Shown in pieces: positions 25,600 to 37,415 of a stretch of DNA of 64,000 bases. Source of the stretch: Rhynchobatus australiae (Eukaryota); the NCBI GenBank assembly GCA_034780895.1, contig JAUZTB010000048.1:14457831-14521830 (forward strand), written 5' to 3'. The position numbers were made by a program, and so were the translations under genes. Position 1 is the stretch's first letter, and every line of letters begins with the position of its first letter. The notes beneath the pieces were generated by a model, which made no database searches, was not told the origin of the DNA, and saw only the letters and a list, made by a program, of their open reading frames with translations.

Positions 25600-27842
25600 T
25601 TATAAGATTGTCAGGAGGTGGGATCCCAGGCATTGGGGAGGCAAATGAGAAGCTGGAAAGTGATGCAGAAGTCAGTGAGAGCAAGTTGAATAGGCATGAC
25701 CGGCAGGAGAATGGCCAGGACTGAGAAAAGGCTATTGGATTAAATTGTATTTATTTCAATGTAAGAGGTCTGGCAGGTAAAGCGGATGAACTTAGGGCTT
25801 GGATAACTACGTGGGACTGGGATATTATAGCCATTACGGAAATGGGGTTAAGGGGGACTGGCAGCTTAATGTTCCAGGGTAGAGGTGCTTTAGGCTGGAT
25901 AGAAGCAGAGGAAGGAGAGGCATATTTGATTAAGGCGAATGTCACAGCAGTAGTCAGAGATGAAATTACTGAAGGATCATCCAGTGAGGCTTCAGGGGTG
26001 GAGCTGAGAAATAAGAAGGAGATGATCACATTCTTGATTATACATAGGCTTCTGAATAGTCAACAAGAATTAGAAGTACAAATATGCAAGGAGATTGCAC
26101 AGAGTTGGTAGAATAATAGGGTTGTCATAATTGGAAATTTTAACTTTCCTAACATAGACTGGGACCATACCATTTAGGGTTTAGATGGGGTGGAATTTGT
26201 TAAGTGCATTCAGGAAAGTTTCCTTGGGTAATATATAGAGGGCCCTACTAGAGAGAAGGCAAAGCTCAACCTATTCTTTGGTAATAGGGCATGACAAGTA
26301 ACTGAGGTGACAGTGGGGGAGAACTTTGGTACCAGTGACTATATTCTATTAGTTTTTAAATAGTTATGGAAAGGGACAGAACTGGTCCACGGGTTCGAGT
26401 TCTAAATTGGGGCAAGGCGAATTTTGATACGAGACAGGAGCTTGCAAAGGTTGTTCGGAGTATGTTGCTTGCAGGCAAGGAGACCACAGGAAAGTGGGAG
26501 GCTTTTAAAGGTGAGATAGTGAGAGCTTGAGGTCTGCATGTTCTTGTTAGAGTGAAGGGCAAACTGGTAGGAGTAGAGATATTGAGGTTCTGGCCAGGAA
26601 AAGGAAGGAGGCATGAGTCAGGTACAGGCAGCTGGGGTCAAGCGGATCCCTGGAGGACAATAAGGGATGCAGAAATGTACTCAAGAAGGAAATCAGGAGG
26701 GCAAAAAGGGGACATGAGATTAATTTGGCAGAGAAGATTAAGGAAAATCCAAAGAGGTTTTATGTATATCAAGGGGGAAAACAAAGAGCAACTAGTGAGA
26801 GAATAGGGCCCCTTAAAGACCAAAGGGGACACCTTTATGTGGAGCTGCAGGAGATGGGTGAGGTTCTCAATGAATAGTTCTCAACTGTTTCCTCCACTAG
26901 TGGCGTGCCTCAGAGGTTGGTGCTGGGCACATTGTTGCTTGTCATCTATATCAACAATTTGGATAAGGATGTACAAGACATGGTTTGTAAATTTGCAGAT
27001 GACACTAAAATAGGTGGTTATGGTTGACAATGAAGAAGGTTATCAATAATTGCAGGAGATATTGATCAGCTGAGTAAGTGGGCCGAGGAATGGCAAATGG
27101 AGTTTAATATGGATAAGTGCGAGGTGTTGCATTTTGGAAAGTCAAATCCAGGTAGGACTTCCACAGTAAATGGCAGGGCCCTGGCTAGAGGGACCTTGGT
27201 TTACTGAAAGTGGAGTTACAGGTGGGCAGAGTGGTGAAGAAGGTTTTTGGCACGCCGGCCTTCATAAGTCAGGGCATTGAGTACAAAATTTGGGTGGTCA
27301 TGGTGCAGTTGTACAGGACGCTGGTGAGGCTGCATTTGGACTATTGTGTTCCTGCTATTGGAAAGATGTTATTAAACTGGAAAGAATGCAGAAAAGATCT
27401 ACAAGGATGCCACCAGGACATGAGGGACTGAGTTATAAACAGAGGTTGGACAGGCTAGGAGACTGTGAGGTGATCTTATAGAGGTTTATAAAATCATAAG
27501 GGGCATAGATTGGGTGAATGTACTCAGTCTTTTTCCAAGGGTTGGGGAATCAAGAACAAGATGGCAGAGGTTTACGGTGAGAGGAGAAAGAAGAGAAACT
27601 TGAGGGGCAACTCTTTTTTTCACACAGGGTGGTATATACATGGAATGAGCTGCCAGGGGAACTGGTTGAGGCAGGTACAATAACAACTTTTAAAAGACAG
27701 TTGGACAGGTACATGGATTGGAAGCGTTTAGAAGGTTATGAGCCAAAGGCTAGAACATGGGACTAGCTTGGATACGATATCTTGGTCAGCATGGACCAGT
27801 TGAGCTGAAGGGCCTGCTTCTGTGCTGTATGACTCTATGACG
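25600..27842 (+). mobile_element. CR1 element C: APE endonuclease, internally deleted RT and 3' tail
   Basis: LNCIYFNVRGLAGKADELRAWITTWDWDIIAITE (about 25740-25840), GNFNFPNIDW, SGVPQRLVLG..KFADDTKIGG (about 26900-27020), tail ctgtatgactctatga; many stops and frameshifts. Confidence 0.95.
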
Positions 27843-27844
27843 CT

Positions 27845-28140
27845 AAACCTCCTTTAAACTTTCCCTCTCTTACTTTAAAGCCATGCCCTCTAGTATTTGG
27901 TATTCACTATCTACCCTATAGATCTGCCTCTCATAATTTTATAGACTTTTATCAGCTCACCCCTCAGCTAAGACAATCCTTGTCTGTCCAACCTTTCCTA
28001 ATACTCTCCAATCCAGGCAACATTCTGGTGAACCTCTTCTGCACCCTCTCCAAAGACTCCACATCCTTCCTGTAATGTAGCGACCAGAGCTGTACACAAT
28101 ACTCCAAATGAGGTCTGAGCAAAGTTTTATACAACATGAC
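27845..28140 (-). mobile_element. CR1 element A, continuation
   Basis: 'cctcctttaaactttccctctc' continues the CR1 sequence broken near 25598. Confidence 0.75.
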
Positions 28141-28144
28141 TTAG

Positions 28145-29010
28145 AGTACTAGAGTAATACAGCATGGAAACAGGTCTTTTGGCCCAATTCGTCCATGTCA
28201 AACAAGATGCCTGTCTAAGCTAGTCCCACTTGCCTTTATTTGGCCCATATCCCGCTAAGCCTTTCCCATCCATGGATCTGCCCATATGTCAAAAGTACCT
28301 GTCCAAATGTCAAAAGTGTTGTTTTATACTTGCCCCAACTACTTCCTCTGGCAGCCTGTTCCATATACAAACCACCTTCTGTGTGAAGAAGTTGCCCCTT
28401 ACGTCCTATTAAATCTTTCATCTTAAACCTGTGCCTTCTTGATTCCCCTTTCCTGGGAAAAAGGTTGTGTGCGTTCACCCTATCTATGCCCCTCACGATT
28501 TTATACACCTTTATAAGATCACCACGCAGTCTCCTAATGAATAAAGTCGTAGCTTGCCCAATCTCTCTCTCTATAACTCAGGCCCTCACGTCCTGGCAAT
28601 AATTTCATAAATCTTCATTGTACTCTTTCCAGCATAATGATGTCTTTCCTCTAACAGGGTAACCAAACCAGTACACAATATTCCAGGTGCAGCCTCACCA
28701 ACATCATATACAACNNNNNNNNNNNNNNNNNNNNNNNNNNNNNNNNNNNNNNNNNNNNNNNNNNNNNNNNNNNNNNNNNNNNNNNNNNNNNNNNNNNNNN
28801 NNNNNNNNNNNNNNCAAACCAGTACACAATATTCCAGGTGCAGCCTCACCAACATCATATACAACTGCAGCATAACATCCCAACTCTGATACTCAGTTCC
28901 CTGACTGATGAAGGCTAGCGTGCCAGCTGCCTTCTTTACCACCTATCTACTATCTACTTTTGTTGCCATTTTCAAGGAGCTTTGGATTTGCATCCCAAGA
29001 TCCCTTGTAC
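28145..29010 (-). mobile_element. CR1 element D (3' part)
   Basis: KKAAGTLAFISQGTEYQSWDVMLQLYMMLVRLHLEYCVLV and YKIVRGIDRVNAHNLFPR; spans a gap with duplicated flanks. Confidence 0.9.
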
Positions 29011-29014
29011 ATCA

Positions 29015-29195
29015 GGAAACCTTGGTCAGAAATGTCCTGCATATGCAGGGAGCCAGGAAACCAGGTGGTTCCCCAAGCAGCTGCTCGGAAGGGAAGCAGA
29101 TACCTGTGGAGGTCTGTGCCAGGAGTCAACCTCACAAGACCAGAATGCAGTTCTCCAAGATTTTCAATGATCTCACATGAATGGCCAAGTGAGTA
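29015..29195 (+). mobile_element. Possible old Tx1-like LINE fragment
   Basis: Scattered WFPKQ, QNA and DLT*MA resemble the Tx1 C-terminal WFPEQ..WQNA..DLAWLA pattern; weak. Confidence 0.3.
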
Positions 29196-29344
29196 AATAC
29201 ATATCCCAAATAAGAATTTCACATTGTACAATTCATCAAACCTCCATCACTAAATGAACAAGCACTATCAATCAAGGCTCATTTTTAACATCTAAATGCT
29301 CCACGACACTCATAGCAGTCAAGCCTCCTACCTTCAAACAGCTC

Positions 29345-29420
29345 AAGCAAAAAACAAACTGCTGGAGGAACTCAGCAGGTCAGGCAGCATCAGTGGAGGG
29401 AAATGGACAGTTGACCCAAA
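29345..29420 (-). mobile_element. Penelope-like element terminal fragment
   Basis: 'aaacaaactgctggaggaactcagcaggtcaggcagcatcagtggagggaaatggacagttgac' is shared with the termini at 31740, 34160 and 34834. Confidence 0.7.
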
Positions 29421-31737
29421 ACTGAAGGGAAGTGGCATTACATCTCGATAATCACATGTTAATCAATGACCAGCACCTCAACTTCCTGACCAATAGACAG
29501 CATTTCTAGTGAGATTTTGTTATTGACGTTCTTGTGAATAGAAGTTGGCAGATGACTTTGGTGTGGCTAATCACTGTAGATGTACCAATGGTCCGGAAAA
29601 CATCTGTACTCTCTTCCCATTAGAAAGGCGGCAGTTGTCATTTTAAAATAACATGAAAGTATGTCTAATCCTCTTACACCAAGCCCTCTGCTAACCAAAG
29701 GCCTGTTTTTTTCCTCTTGACTATCAAAGAATAAATATAATATTTTTAAGTATTTGTAGTTTTCTTTCCCTCCACTGAAGTTTGCATCCATATCCACTTT
29801 ATGCTCAGAACAACATACACGTTATGGGCATATCCACAATCACCATTAATGTAGCATACTAGGAATTGCATAATATGGCATACTAGGAATTGCATTACTG
29901 GAGAGTTTCTTCCCCTAGCCATTTACTGGAGATTGATCTTCATTCCTCAGCTTTAACTAAAGCAGATTTCCTGGTCATACATTTCAATCCTAGGTTAGGA
30001 AAAGTGAGGTGAAAGCCTTCAGCAATGATGACAATGTGGAAGCTATAGTTGATGACAGAGGCAAATGGGCTGTGGGCAAAATTACACCTTCATGACAATC
30101 AGTGTTTTCAATAACTTAACAAAAATGCCAATGCTATGGAACTATAGATTATCATCCAGTGACACATCCAGTTACTGCTCAAACCATCTTAATCCTTCCA
30201 GAATTGACTCATTTAGTCATCAATGGAATTAATCACAAGGGCCTCATCAACATTTGAAAGCTGCACATCCACTTTCTCATGTAGATGGAAGGAGGCTAAA
30301 AACTCATCACAATTTACTCTGCACAATTTGGCTATTCTGTCTCCTCTGGTTTGCAGAGGTCCTTCAATGGCTGCAAAGTGTCTTGGTATAAATGCAAGTT
30401 CTCTTCTCATTCTGAAACTGGGTATTGAGTCACTACAGCAGATACCCAAAACTGAGAGCTGCAGGACAGTAGATGTGAATTTGGTTTTCATAACCACAAG
30501 ATTAATGATGGATTGCTATAAATTTTAGGCTGCAAATACATTCCCTCCAATGCTCAAGGCATGACTCATAGTGAACAATTTCACTGGCATCAACTGTCTT
30601 CCATTATTTCACCCAAATCACCATTTTTCATGTGTGAGTGTCAACAGTGTTAATAGGCTATCTGCATACCGTGCACCATATGTAAGCTTGTTTTCATGAT
30701 GCTCACTTTAGGTACTTTCATGTCGGGTCACCAGGTAGCTATCAGAAATGGGAAGAAGTTGCTTTGTTTTCATCACTAACTCTGATATCAGCTGAAGCTC
30801 TCAGTACTATTACATCTGATAAAGCTAACAATACATGAGAAAAGGCACATATGGATGTTTTTCACCCTAGGCTGTATACCTTTTAACAGCTATCAGGAGA
30901 TCCATACAACTCTAATTCAAATCACCAGGCAGGTACAAAAATGATAGCTTTCAAATGATAACACTGTGCAAAATTGTGCAATTCTGAACGTAAAAACTGG
31001 ATAAGTTAAACACCAAGTTAAATAAAACAAAAAATGTTAGCAACAAATCCAAATCATTAATTTGTAAAACCTACCCCATTCCATCCTGCTATATTTTAAA
31101 GACAGACTTTCAAAGCCAGTACAGGGACAGCAGTGAAAATATTTTACCACATGTGACTGCATTTTAGACAGTCACATTAAGAGATCTAGCCTAAAGGTAC
31201 AATAAATATAGTTTTTTGGAAAGCATAGAAGTATAAATTGTGTCATGCCCAGAGGGTGAAAGAATACTGAATGTGGTTGTGATGGTAAGTATTTAAAGGA
31301 CACATGGCTGTGTCCTTTAGAAAGAGTTATTAATGACTATTTCCAACTGTTCAGATGTGATGCATTTTAACTAGGTAGAAGTTATAGCATTGTGCAGTGA
31401 GTAGATCTTCAAATACACACATTGAGTGTCAACACCAACATTTATAGTGTGCATTTACACTGTGTATAAAATAGTTGTTAGCTTTGACATTGATTTAATG
31501 GCACTGAGCAAAATTAAGACACATCCTGCAGTTACAATCCTAGCTCAAATCTTGCATCACCTTGCATTTTACCATCATAATACTATTTGATATTTTTTTC
31601 TATATGGTATTTTTGCATTTCCGTGGCAAAGCAGTGCGGTATATTTTAATCAATTCAAATCACAGCTTATGTTAGAAATACTGCGAAGAAGGATATTATT
31701 TTCTTAGCTTAACTTTTTCCCCAATAAATGAAAATAA

Positions 31738-32725
31738 AAAAAACTGCCAATGCTGGAAATCTGAAATAAAAAAAACTCAACAGATGAGGCAGTGTCTGTG
31801 GAAAGAGAAACAGAATTCAAGTTTCAGGTTGAAGACACTTCATCAGAACTAGGAAAGAGAGGAAACTAGTTTTAAGTTGCAGAGAACATGAGAGGGGGAT
31901 TGGTAGAACAAAGGGAGCATCTAAGATAGAGTGAGATCAGCATTGTTGTGTGGATAAGTTGCAGAGGTCAATTAGTCAATCCATTAGTGGGAACTATTAG
32001 AGAGCAAAAAATGGAATAATGTTTATGAGATGAGGGCCGTTGGAAGGCAAAATTGCAAAACAATGTAAAATGATGCAAAATACAGGGCAGTAGGATATGC
32101 CCACCAAGTTTCAATGTGCTGATGGGAAAAGAAAAACCAAGCCAGTATCACAGATGGATGTCTTACTGCAGAAGAGACCATTTCTGAAAGAGTGTGGCTT
32201 ACCTGAAGTTGTAGAACTCAATATTGAGTCCAAAAGGATGGAACATGTAACAGAAGATGAAGCTGTGTTCCCAAATTTACGTTGGATCTCACTGTAACAA
32301 TGCAGCGGGCCACAGGCAGATAGGCTGGAGTGGGAGTGGGATGGTGATTTAAAGTAGCTGGGAAACTGAAACCCCCCCTGCGGACGGACANNNNNNNNNN
32401 NNNNNNNNNNNNNNNNNNNNNNNNNNNNNNNNNNNNNNNNNNNNNNNNNNNNNNNNNNNNNNNNNNNNNNNNNNNNNNNNNNNNNNNNNNCCCCCCCTGC
32501 GGACGGACACAGGTGCTCTCCAAAATAGTCGCCACATCTGTGTTTGTTTTCTCCACTGTAGAGACAACATTGTGAACATCATAAAACATGAATCACTTCC
32601 CCACAACTTAAATGTAACTTGTTTTCACAGTTTCCCAATTATTGACCCGAAACCTCAAATGTTTCTCTTTTCACAGATGCCGCCTGACCTACTGAGTGTT
32701 TACAACACTTTCTGTTTTTTTTTCA
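31738..32725 (-). mobile_element. Penelope-like retroelement: GIY-YIG endonuclease remnant with inverted termini
   Basis: Minus frame near 32578-32200 reads CSQCCLYSGENKHRCGDYFGEHL..FKSPSHSHSSLSACGPLHC..GLNIEFYNFR, matching the PLE pattern CSxCGLLYIGETKRRLGDRFAEHL. 32645-32725 is an inverted copy of the 31740-31830 terminus. Confidence 0.85.
31812..31850 (-). ncRNA. Minimal hammerhead ribozyme-like motif (degenerate)
   Basis: Minus strand reads AGTT-CTGATGA-AGTGTCTTCAACCT-GAAAC-TTG-AATT. Both conserved core boxes are intact, but the predicted cleavage triplet UUG is not NUH. Confidence 0.6.
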
Positions 32726-33239
32726 ATAAAGTACCAGATAGTGGCTTACCTAAGCCACAGGGGTGCCATCCTTTGGCAATAAACAGAACTACAAGCATTT
32801 ATATGCCCTGACCATCTATGTAACTTTAAACATCTTTGATTGACACAGTGCATTCAATTGGAATGTATCAACCAAATATAATCATAAGGACTATTCATTA
32901 ATTTTAGGATTAAATGTGGTGGGGTGGGAGCAGGAGATTTGCAAAGACTCTAAAAGATAAAACAACATTTCTATCTGTTATTTCTATCATCCTCCAGTGT
33001 CTTTCATCCACTGAGAGTCTCCAGCCAATTTATTCTGAGGAGGATAGCAAATTCAAACGGGGAAACACAGAACAAACACTCAGGGAGCAATCTTATTTAC
33101 TGATTCAGATATTTCAGTCCAAACAGATCCAAGTCACACCCATCAAACTTTCTAAAATTAAGACTAACTGAGTAGTTTAAAGGAGCAAACTTGGTGGCAT
33201 ACAAAAGGAGTTAAGGGTGGAATCAAATCAAAAGGAAAG

Positions 33240-34155
33240 GTATGCAATGTTGTAAAGATGTGTGGCAGGCCTGAAAATTGGAAACTTTTTTTTATATACG
33301 CAAAAGGACAACTTAGAAATGGAGATAATAAATTTGAGAATAAACTAACAAGAAATTAAAATGAACAGGAAGTGCTTCTACAACTAAAGGCCTAGATAGA
33401 GTGGATATAGAGAGGTTGCTTCCCATAGTAGGAGAGTCTAGGATCCAAGGGCACAGCCTCAGAATAAAGGGATGTCCCTTTGAAACTGATAATGAGGAGT
33501 TTCTTCAGCCAGAGGGTGTTGAACCTGTGGAATTCATTGCCACAGAGGGCTGTGGAGGCCAAGTCATTGGGTGTATTTAAGGCAGAAACTTGTAGGTTTT
33601 TGATTAATAAAAGGGTTAAGAGTTACAGAAGGTGGGAGAATGGGGTTGAAAAAAAATCAGTCACAATTGAATGGGGGAACAGATTCAATGGGATGAATGG
33701 TCTAATTCTGCTCCTATATCTTATGGTCTTAAATAACAAGATGAAACTGGGGGAATTAACAATGGAAAATAAGAAAATGGCAGAGACTTTGAGCAAATGC
33801 TTTGTACTTAATTACATGGTATAATACAGAAAAAATATTCCAACAACAGTAGAAACCTTTCCTAAGAGGAAGGGAGGAACATAAAGCAATCAGTACAGCA
33901 AGGGAAAAGCTGCGAGATAAACTAATGCAACAAAAGATGGCTTGCATCCAAGGGTCTGAAAATAGGATGCTGCAGAGACAGTGGGTGTATTAAACCTAAA
34001 TTTCCAAAGCTCCATTGATTCTGGAAAGGTCCCAGCTGATTGGAAAACCACAAATCTATTGCCCCTATTCAAGAAAGGAATGAGACACATCTGGAAAAAA
34101 AACAGGCTAATTAGCCTAATATCTGTCATTGGGAAAATCCTGGAATCCATCAGCA
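33240..34155 (+). mobile_element. Old CR1 ORF2 fragment with a younger CR1 3' end (about 33385-33730) nested inside
   Basis: Inner: FFSQRVLNLWNSLPQRAVEAKSLGVFK and tail ctcctatatcttatggtctta. Outer: FQSSIDSGKVPADWKTTNLLPLFKKG..ISLISVIGKILESI. Confidence 0.85.
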
Positions 34156-34157
34156 AA

Positions 34158-34252
34158 TGAAACAGAAAATGCTGGTAGGATTCAGCAGGCAGCATCTGTG
34201 GAAAGAGAAACTGGGTTAAGGTTTCAGGTCAAAGATCCTTCACCAGGACTGC
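34158..34252 (-). mobile_element. Penelope-like terminus with degenerate hammerhead core
   Basis: Minus strand reads AGTC-CTGGTGA-AGGATCTTTGACCT-GAAAC-CTT-AACC; the flank is homologous to 31740-31850. Confidence 0.7.
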
Positions 34253-34299
34253 TTCAAATCACATTTATTTTAATGCAAGGCGTACCACTCGTACAGTCG

Positions 34300-35420
34300 A
34301 TGAATGCAAAGGTTTAATTAACACAGGGGTCTACAATATTGTTGCCATCACTGAGACATTGTTGAAGGACGGGCAAGAATGGCAACACAATATCTCAAGC
34401 TATAGAATTTCCAGGCGAGATGGAGGGGGGAGTAAAAGGGGAGGGGGTACTGCTGAAAAATGAGATGGAGTTTAATCCAGACAAATATGAGGTGATGTAT
34501 TTTGGGAGGACTAATGAGGCTAGGACATACACCACGAATGGAGTACAAAGAGACTTTGGAGTACAAGTCCATATATTCTTAAAGGCAGCAGCACAGGTAG
34601 ATAACAGGATTCCAAAGTAATATGGGATACTGGTCTTCACTAGTCAGGGCATCAAATACAGAAGTAGGAAGGTTATGTCCCAACTTTATAAAAACTTGGT
34701 CAGACCTCAGCTGGAGTACTGCATGCAGTTCTGGGCACCACGCTATAGGAAGGATGTGATAGTGCTGGGGAGGGTGCAGAGGAGGTTCACCAGGACGTTG
34801 GAGACATAAGCACCTGCAGATGCTAGAATCCAGAGCAACAAACAATCTGCTGGAGGAACTCAGTGGGTGGAGCAGCATCTGGGACTGATGCAGGGTTTCA
34901 GCCCAAAATGTTGACAATTCCTTTCCTCTCGCAGATGCTCCTCCACCCGAGTTCCTCCAGCAGATTGTTTGTTGCTTCACCAAGATGTTGCCTGTGATGG
35001 AGCAGTTCAGTCATGAGGAGATACAAGAGAAGCTAGGTCTGTTCTCCCTAGAGCAGAGGAGGTAGTAAGAGGGCATGATTGAGGTATAGAAAAATAAGGG
35101 GTATCGATAGGGTAGAGTGCAGGAAACCTTTCCCCATATCATAGATAGATAGAACTAGAGGAGACAGATTTAGGCTAACAGGGGAGAGATTTTGAGGTGA
35201 TCTTTTGCACTCAACAGAGTGGCAAGTACCTGGAATGTACCACCTAGAACTGTGTCGCTGACCACATTTAGAGAATACAAAGATGAGCACTTGAATTACC
35301 CAGGTTTAGAAGGCTATGGACCACGTGCTGGGAGATGGGAATAATACAGAAGGATCCCCACTGGTCAGTGTGGACAAGTTGGGTCAAAAGTCCTGTTTCT
35401 ATGCTGTATGATTCTATGAC
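34300..35420 (+). mobile_element. CR1 LINE (endonuclease scrap, RT C-terminus, 3' tail)
   Basis: YNIVAITET; MEFNPDKYEVMYFGRTN; LVRPQLEYCMQFWAP; tail ctgtatgattctatgact. Confidence 0.9.
34801..34976. mobile_element. Short palindromic Penelope-derived non-autonomous element with a 15-bp target-site duplication
   Basis: Perfect 28-bp inverted repeat at 34834-34861 and 34949-34976; flanks ttcaccaggacgttg (34786-34800) and ttcaccaagatgttg (34976-34990). Confidence 0.85.
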
Positions 35421-35589
35421 TGGAATGTGAGAAAACAAGTTACTTTTCAATGGGGAAAGTAGCAGCAAGACATTCAGGGAGAGTTAACGAAATCTTTTGA
35501 AAGGGATTTATTACTGTTCTTTTGAGGATCTGACGAGTAGGTGAATCAGGTCCATAACCTTCTAATCCTTTGGTAAGGAGGCATTGCCT

Positions 35590-36745
35590 TAAGGTTGATC
35601 AATGGATCTTTGTGTACAATGCTATGCTTCTGGCTGGCAGCATGTCAGAATCCATGAGGAAGGGCACCATTACCTTCATCTACAAGCAGTAGTGGGAGAG
35701 GGAGGGCATCAGAAATTGGAAACGCATCTCACTGTTGAATGTGGATTATAAGATCCTATCCAAGGCCATCGCCAACAGGGTCAAGTTTGCTCTAGGACAG
35801 GTGATCCACCTGGATCAAACCTGTGCTGTAGCTGGCAGGAAGATCTTTGACAGCCTTGCGCTGCTCAGGGATATGATCGCCTTTGTGCAGGACAGAGGGG
35901 TGGACACCTGCCTGGTCAGCTTGGACCAGGAGAAGGCCTTCGACAGGATATCACACACGTNNNNNNNNNNNNNNNNNNNNNNNNNNNNNNNNNNNNNNNN
36001 NNNNNNNNNNNNNNNNNNNNNNNNNNNNNNNNNNNNNNNNNNNNNNNNNNNNNNNNNNNNAACTCACCAACAAGCACCAAGACCTGGCTTGGCTGGCGGT
36101 GAGAGGGGTCCTCCCAGTCAGATCCTTCCTGCATGGTCAGAACATCACTCCCAGCTCATGCTACCCCCAGGAGGACTGCACTGAGGACAAGACAGTCGCC
36201 CAACTCTTTGTGGGCTGTGGGTTTGCAAGGAGAGTGTGGCGAAAGATGCAGGGGTCATTGTCACGGTTCATCCCCAGCAGTTGTGTAACAGAGGATTCTC
36301 TGATCTACGGGCTGTTCCCGGGGATGCACACAGAGACAGATATCAACTGCTGCTGGCTTTGGTCTGCCTGAAACTTGGTCTCCCAGCACTGCGAGATGTC
36401 CGTAGGGGAATGCTGCCAACTGGAACATTCTAGGCTGCAGGAGTACGTGCTGAGGGACGCACTGAAGCAGGGTGCAGCCAATACAAGGGCTCGGTGGGGA
36501 AGGACTACAGTTTAGGGTTCTTCTGCCACTGGAGATGGAGGGGCAGAGTCAGGTGAGGAAGCCCCTTAAGGATTGTAAATATGGCCCCAGGGAGCCACAT
36601 GAGGGGCATCGGTGCTGTGGCTTTTATAAAACATAACACTAAGGATTGATCTGTACACAAATGTAAAGGTTTGCACTGTTTTATTATTGTATATAGTTTG
36701 TTTTTATTATGAATAAAGTTTATTTTGGATAAAAAATAAAAATAA
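35590..36745 (+). mobile_element. Tx1/L1-clade LINE, 5'-truncated, with a gap in the middle
   Basis: RT NVDYKILSKAIANRV..DQTCAV..LVSLDQEKAFDRISH; C-terminal LTNKHQDLAWLAVRGVLPVR..C..C..LFVGC; AATAAA at 36712-36717 and an A-rich tail. Confidence 0.92.
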
Positions 36746-36779
36746 ATCTGTGCTCTTGCCTTGTGCGCTAAGAATGAGA

Positions 36780-37105
36780 GATATTATTACAATAAGATTC
36801 TGATGAACATTGACATGGTAGAAGATGAGCTGATGTTATCCCTTGAGAAGGAATCTGGAATTAGAGAGTATAGTTTCAGAATAAGGGGTTGCTGCTTCAG
36901 ACTGAGATGAGGAGGAATCTTTGGCATTCTCTACCCCAGATAGTTCTAGAGGCAGAGTTATTGAATACATTCAAAGCTGGAGCAGACTGACTTTTGGTCC
37001 ATGGGAAAGCCTATGCTTACAGAAAATAGGAAGGAAAGTTGAACTCAGTTTATGATCAGATTAGCCATGATCATTAGCAGGCTTGAAGGGCCACACGGCC
37101 TATTC
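36780..37105 (+). mobile_element. Decayed CR1 3' region
   Basis: 'tagtttcagaataaggggttg..gactgagatgaggaggaat..gcaggcttgaagggccacacggccta'. Confidence 0.7.
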
Positions 37106-37415
37106 ATAGAACAGCATAAGAACAGGCCCTTAGGCCCACGCTGTTGTGTCAAACTGATTAAACTAGTAACTAAATGCCTAACTAAAGCACTCCCTTCTGC
37201 TTACACAAGTCCAAATCCCTCCATTCTCTGCACATTCGTGTACCCATCTAGGAGCATCTTAAATGCCTCTTTCATATTTGCCTCCTCTACCACCCCTGGC
37301 AGAGCATTCCAGGCACCCACCACTATGTAAGAAAACTTGCCCTGTACATCTCCTTTCAACTTACCCCCTCTTAACCTAAATCCATGCCCTCTAGTATTAG
37401 ACATTTCAACCCTTA
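37106..37415 (-). mobile_element. CR1 3' end
   Basis: TRGHGFRLRGGKLKGDVQGKF..VVGAWNALPGVVEEA..AFKMLLD. Confidence 0.9.

Noticed and set aside
28664-28865. Exact 51-bp direct repeat on both sides of an N gap
   Set aside because: Unmerged contig overlap (assembly artefact), not a biological duplication.
29854-29895. 18-bp tandem duplication gcatactaggaattgcat (and the 10-bp tggttgcaat doublet at 4731-4750)
   Set aside because: Only two units each; ordinary slippage, not an array or CRISPR.
32372-32509. 19-bp direct repeat flanking an N gap
   Set aside because: Same overlap artefact; the Penelope sequence is continuous if the gap is collapsed.
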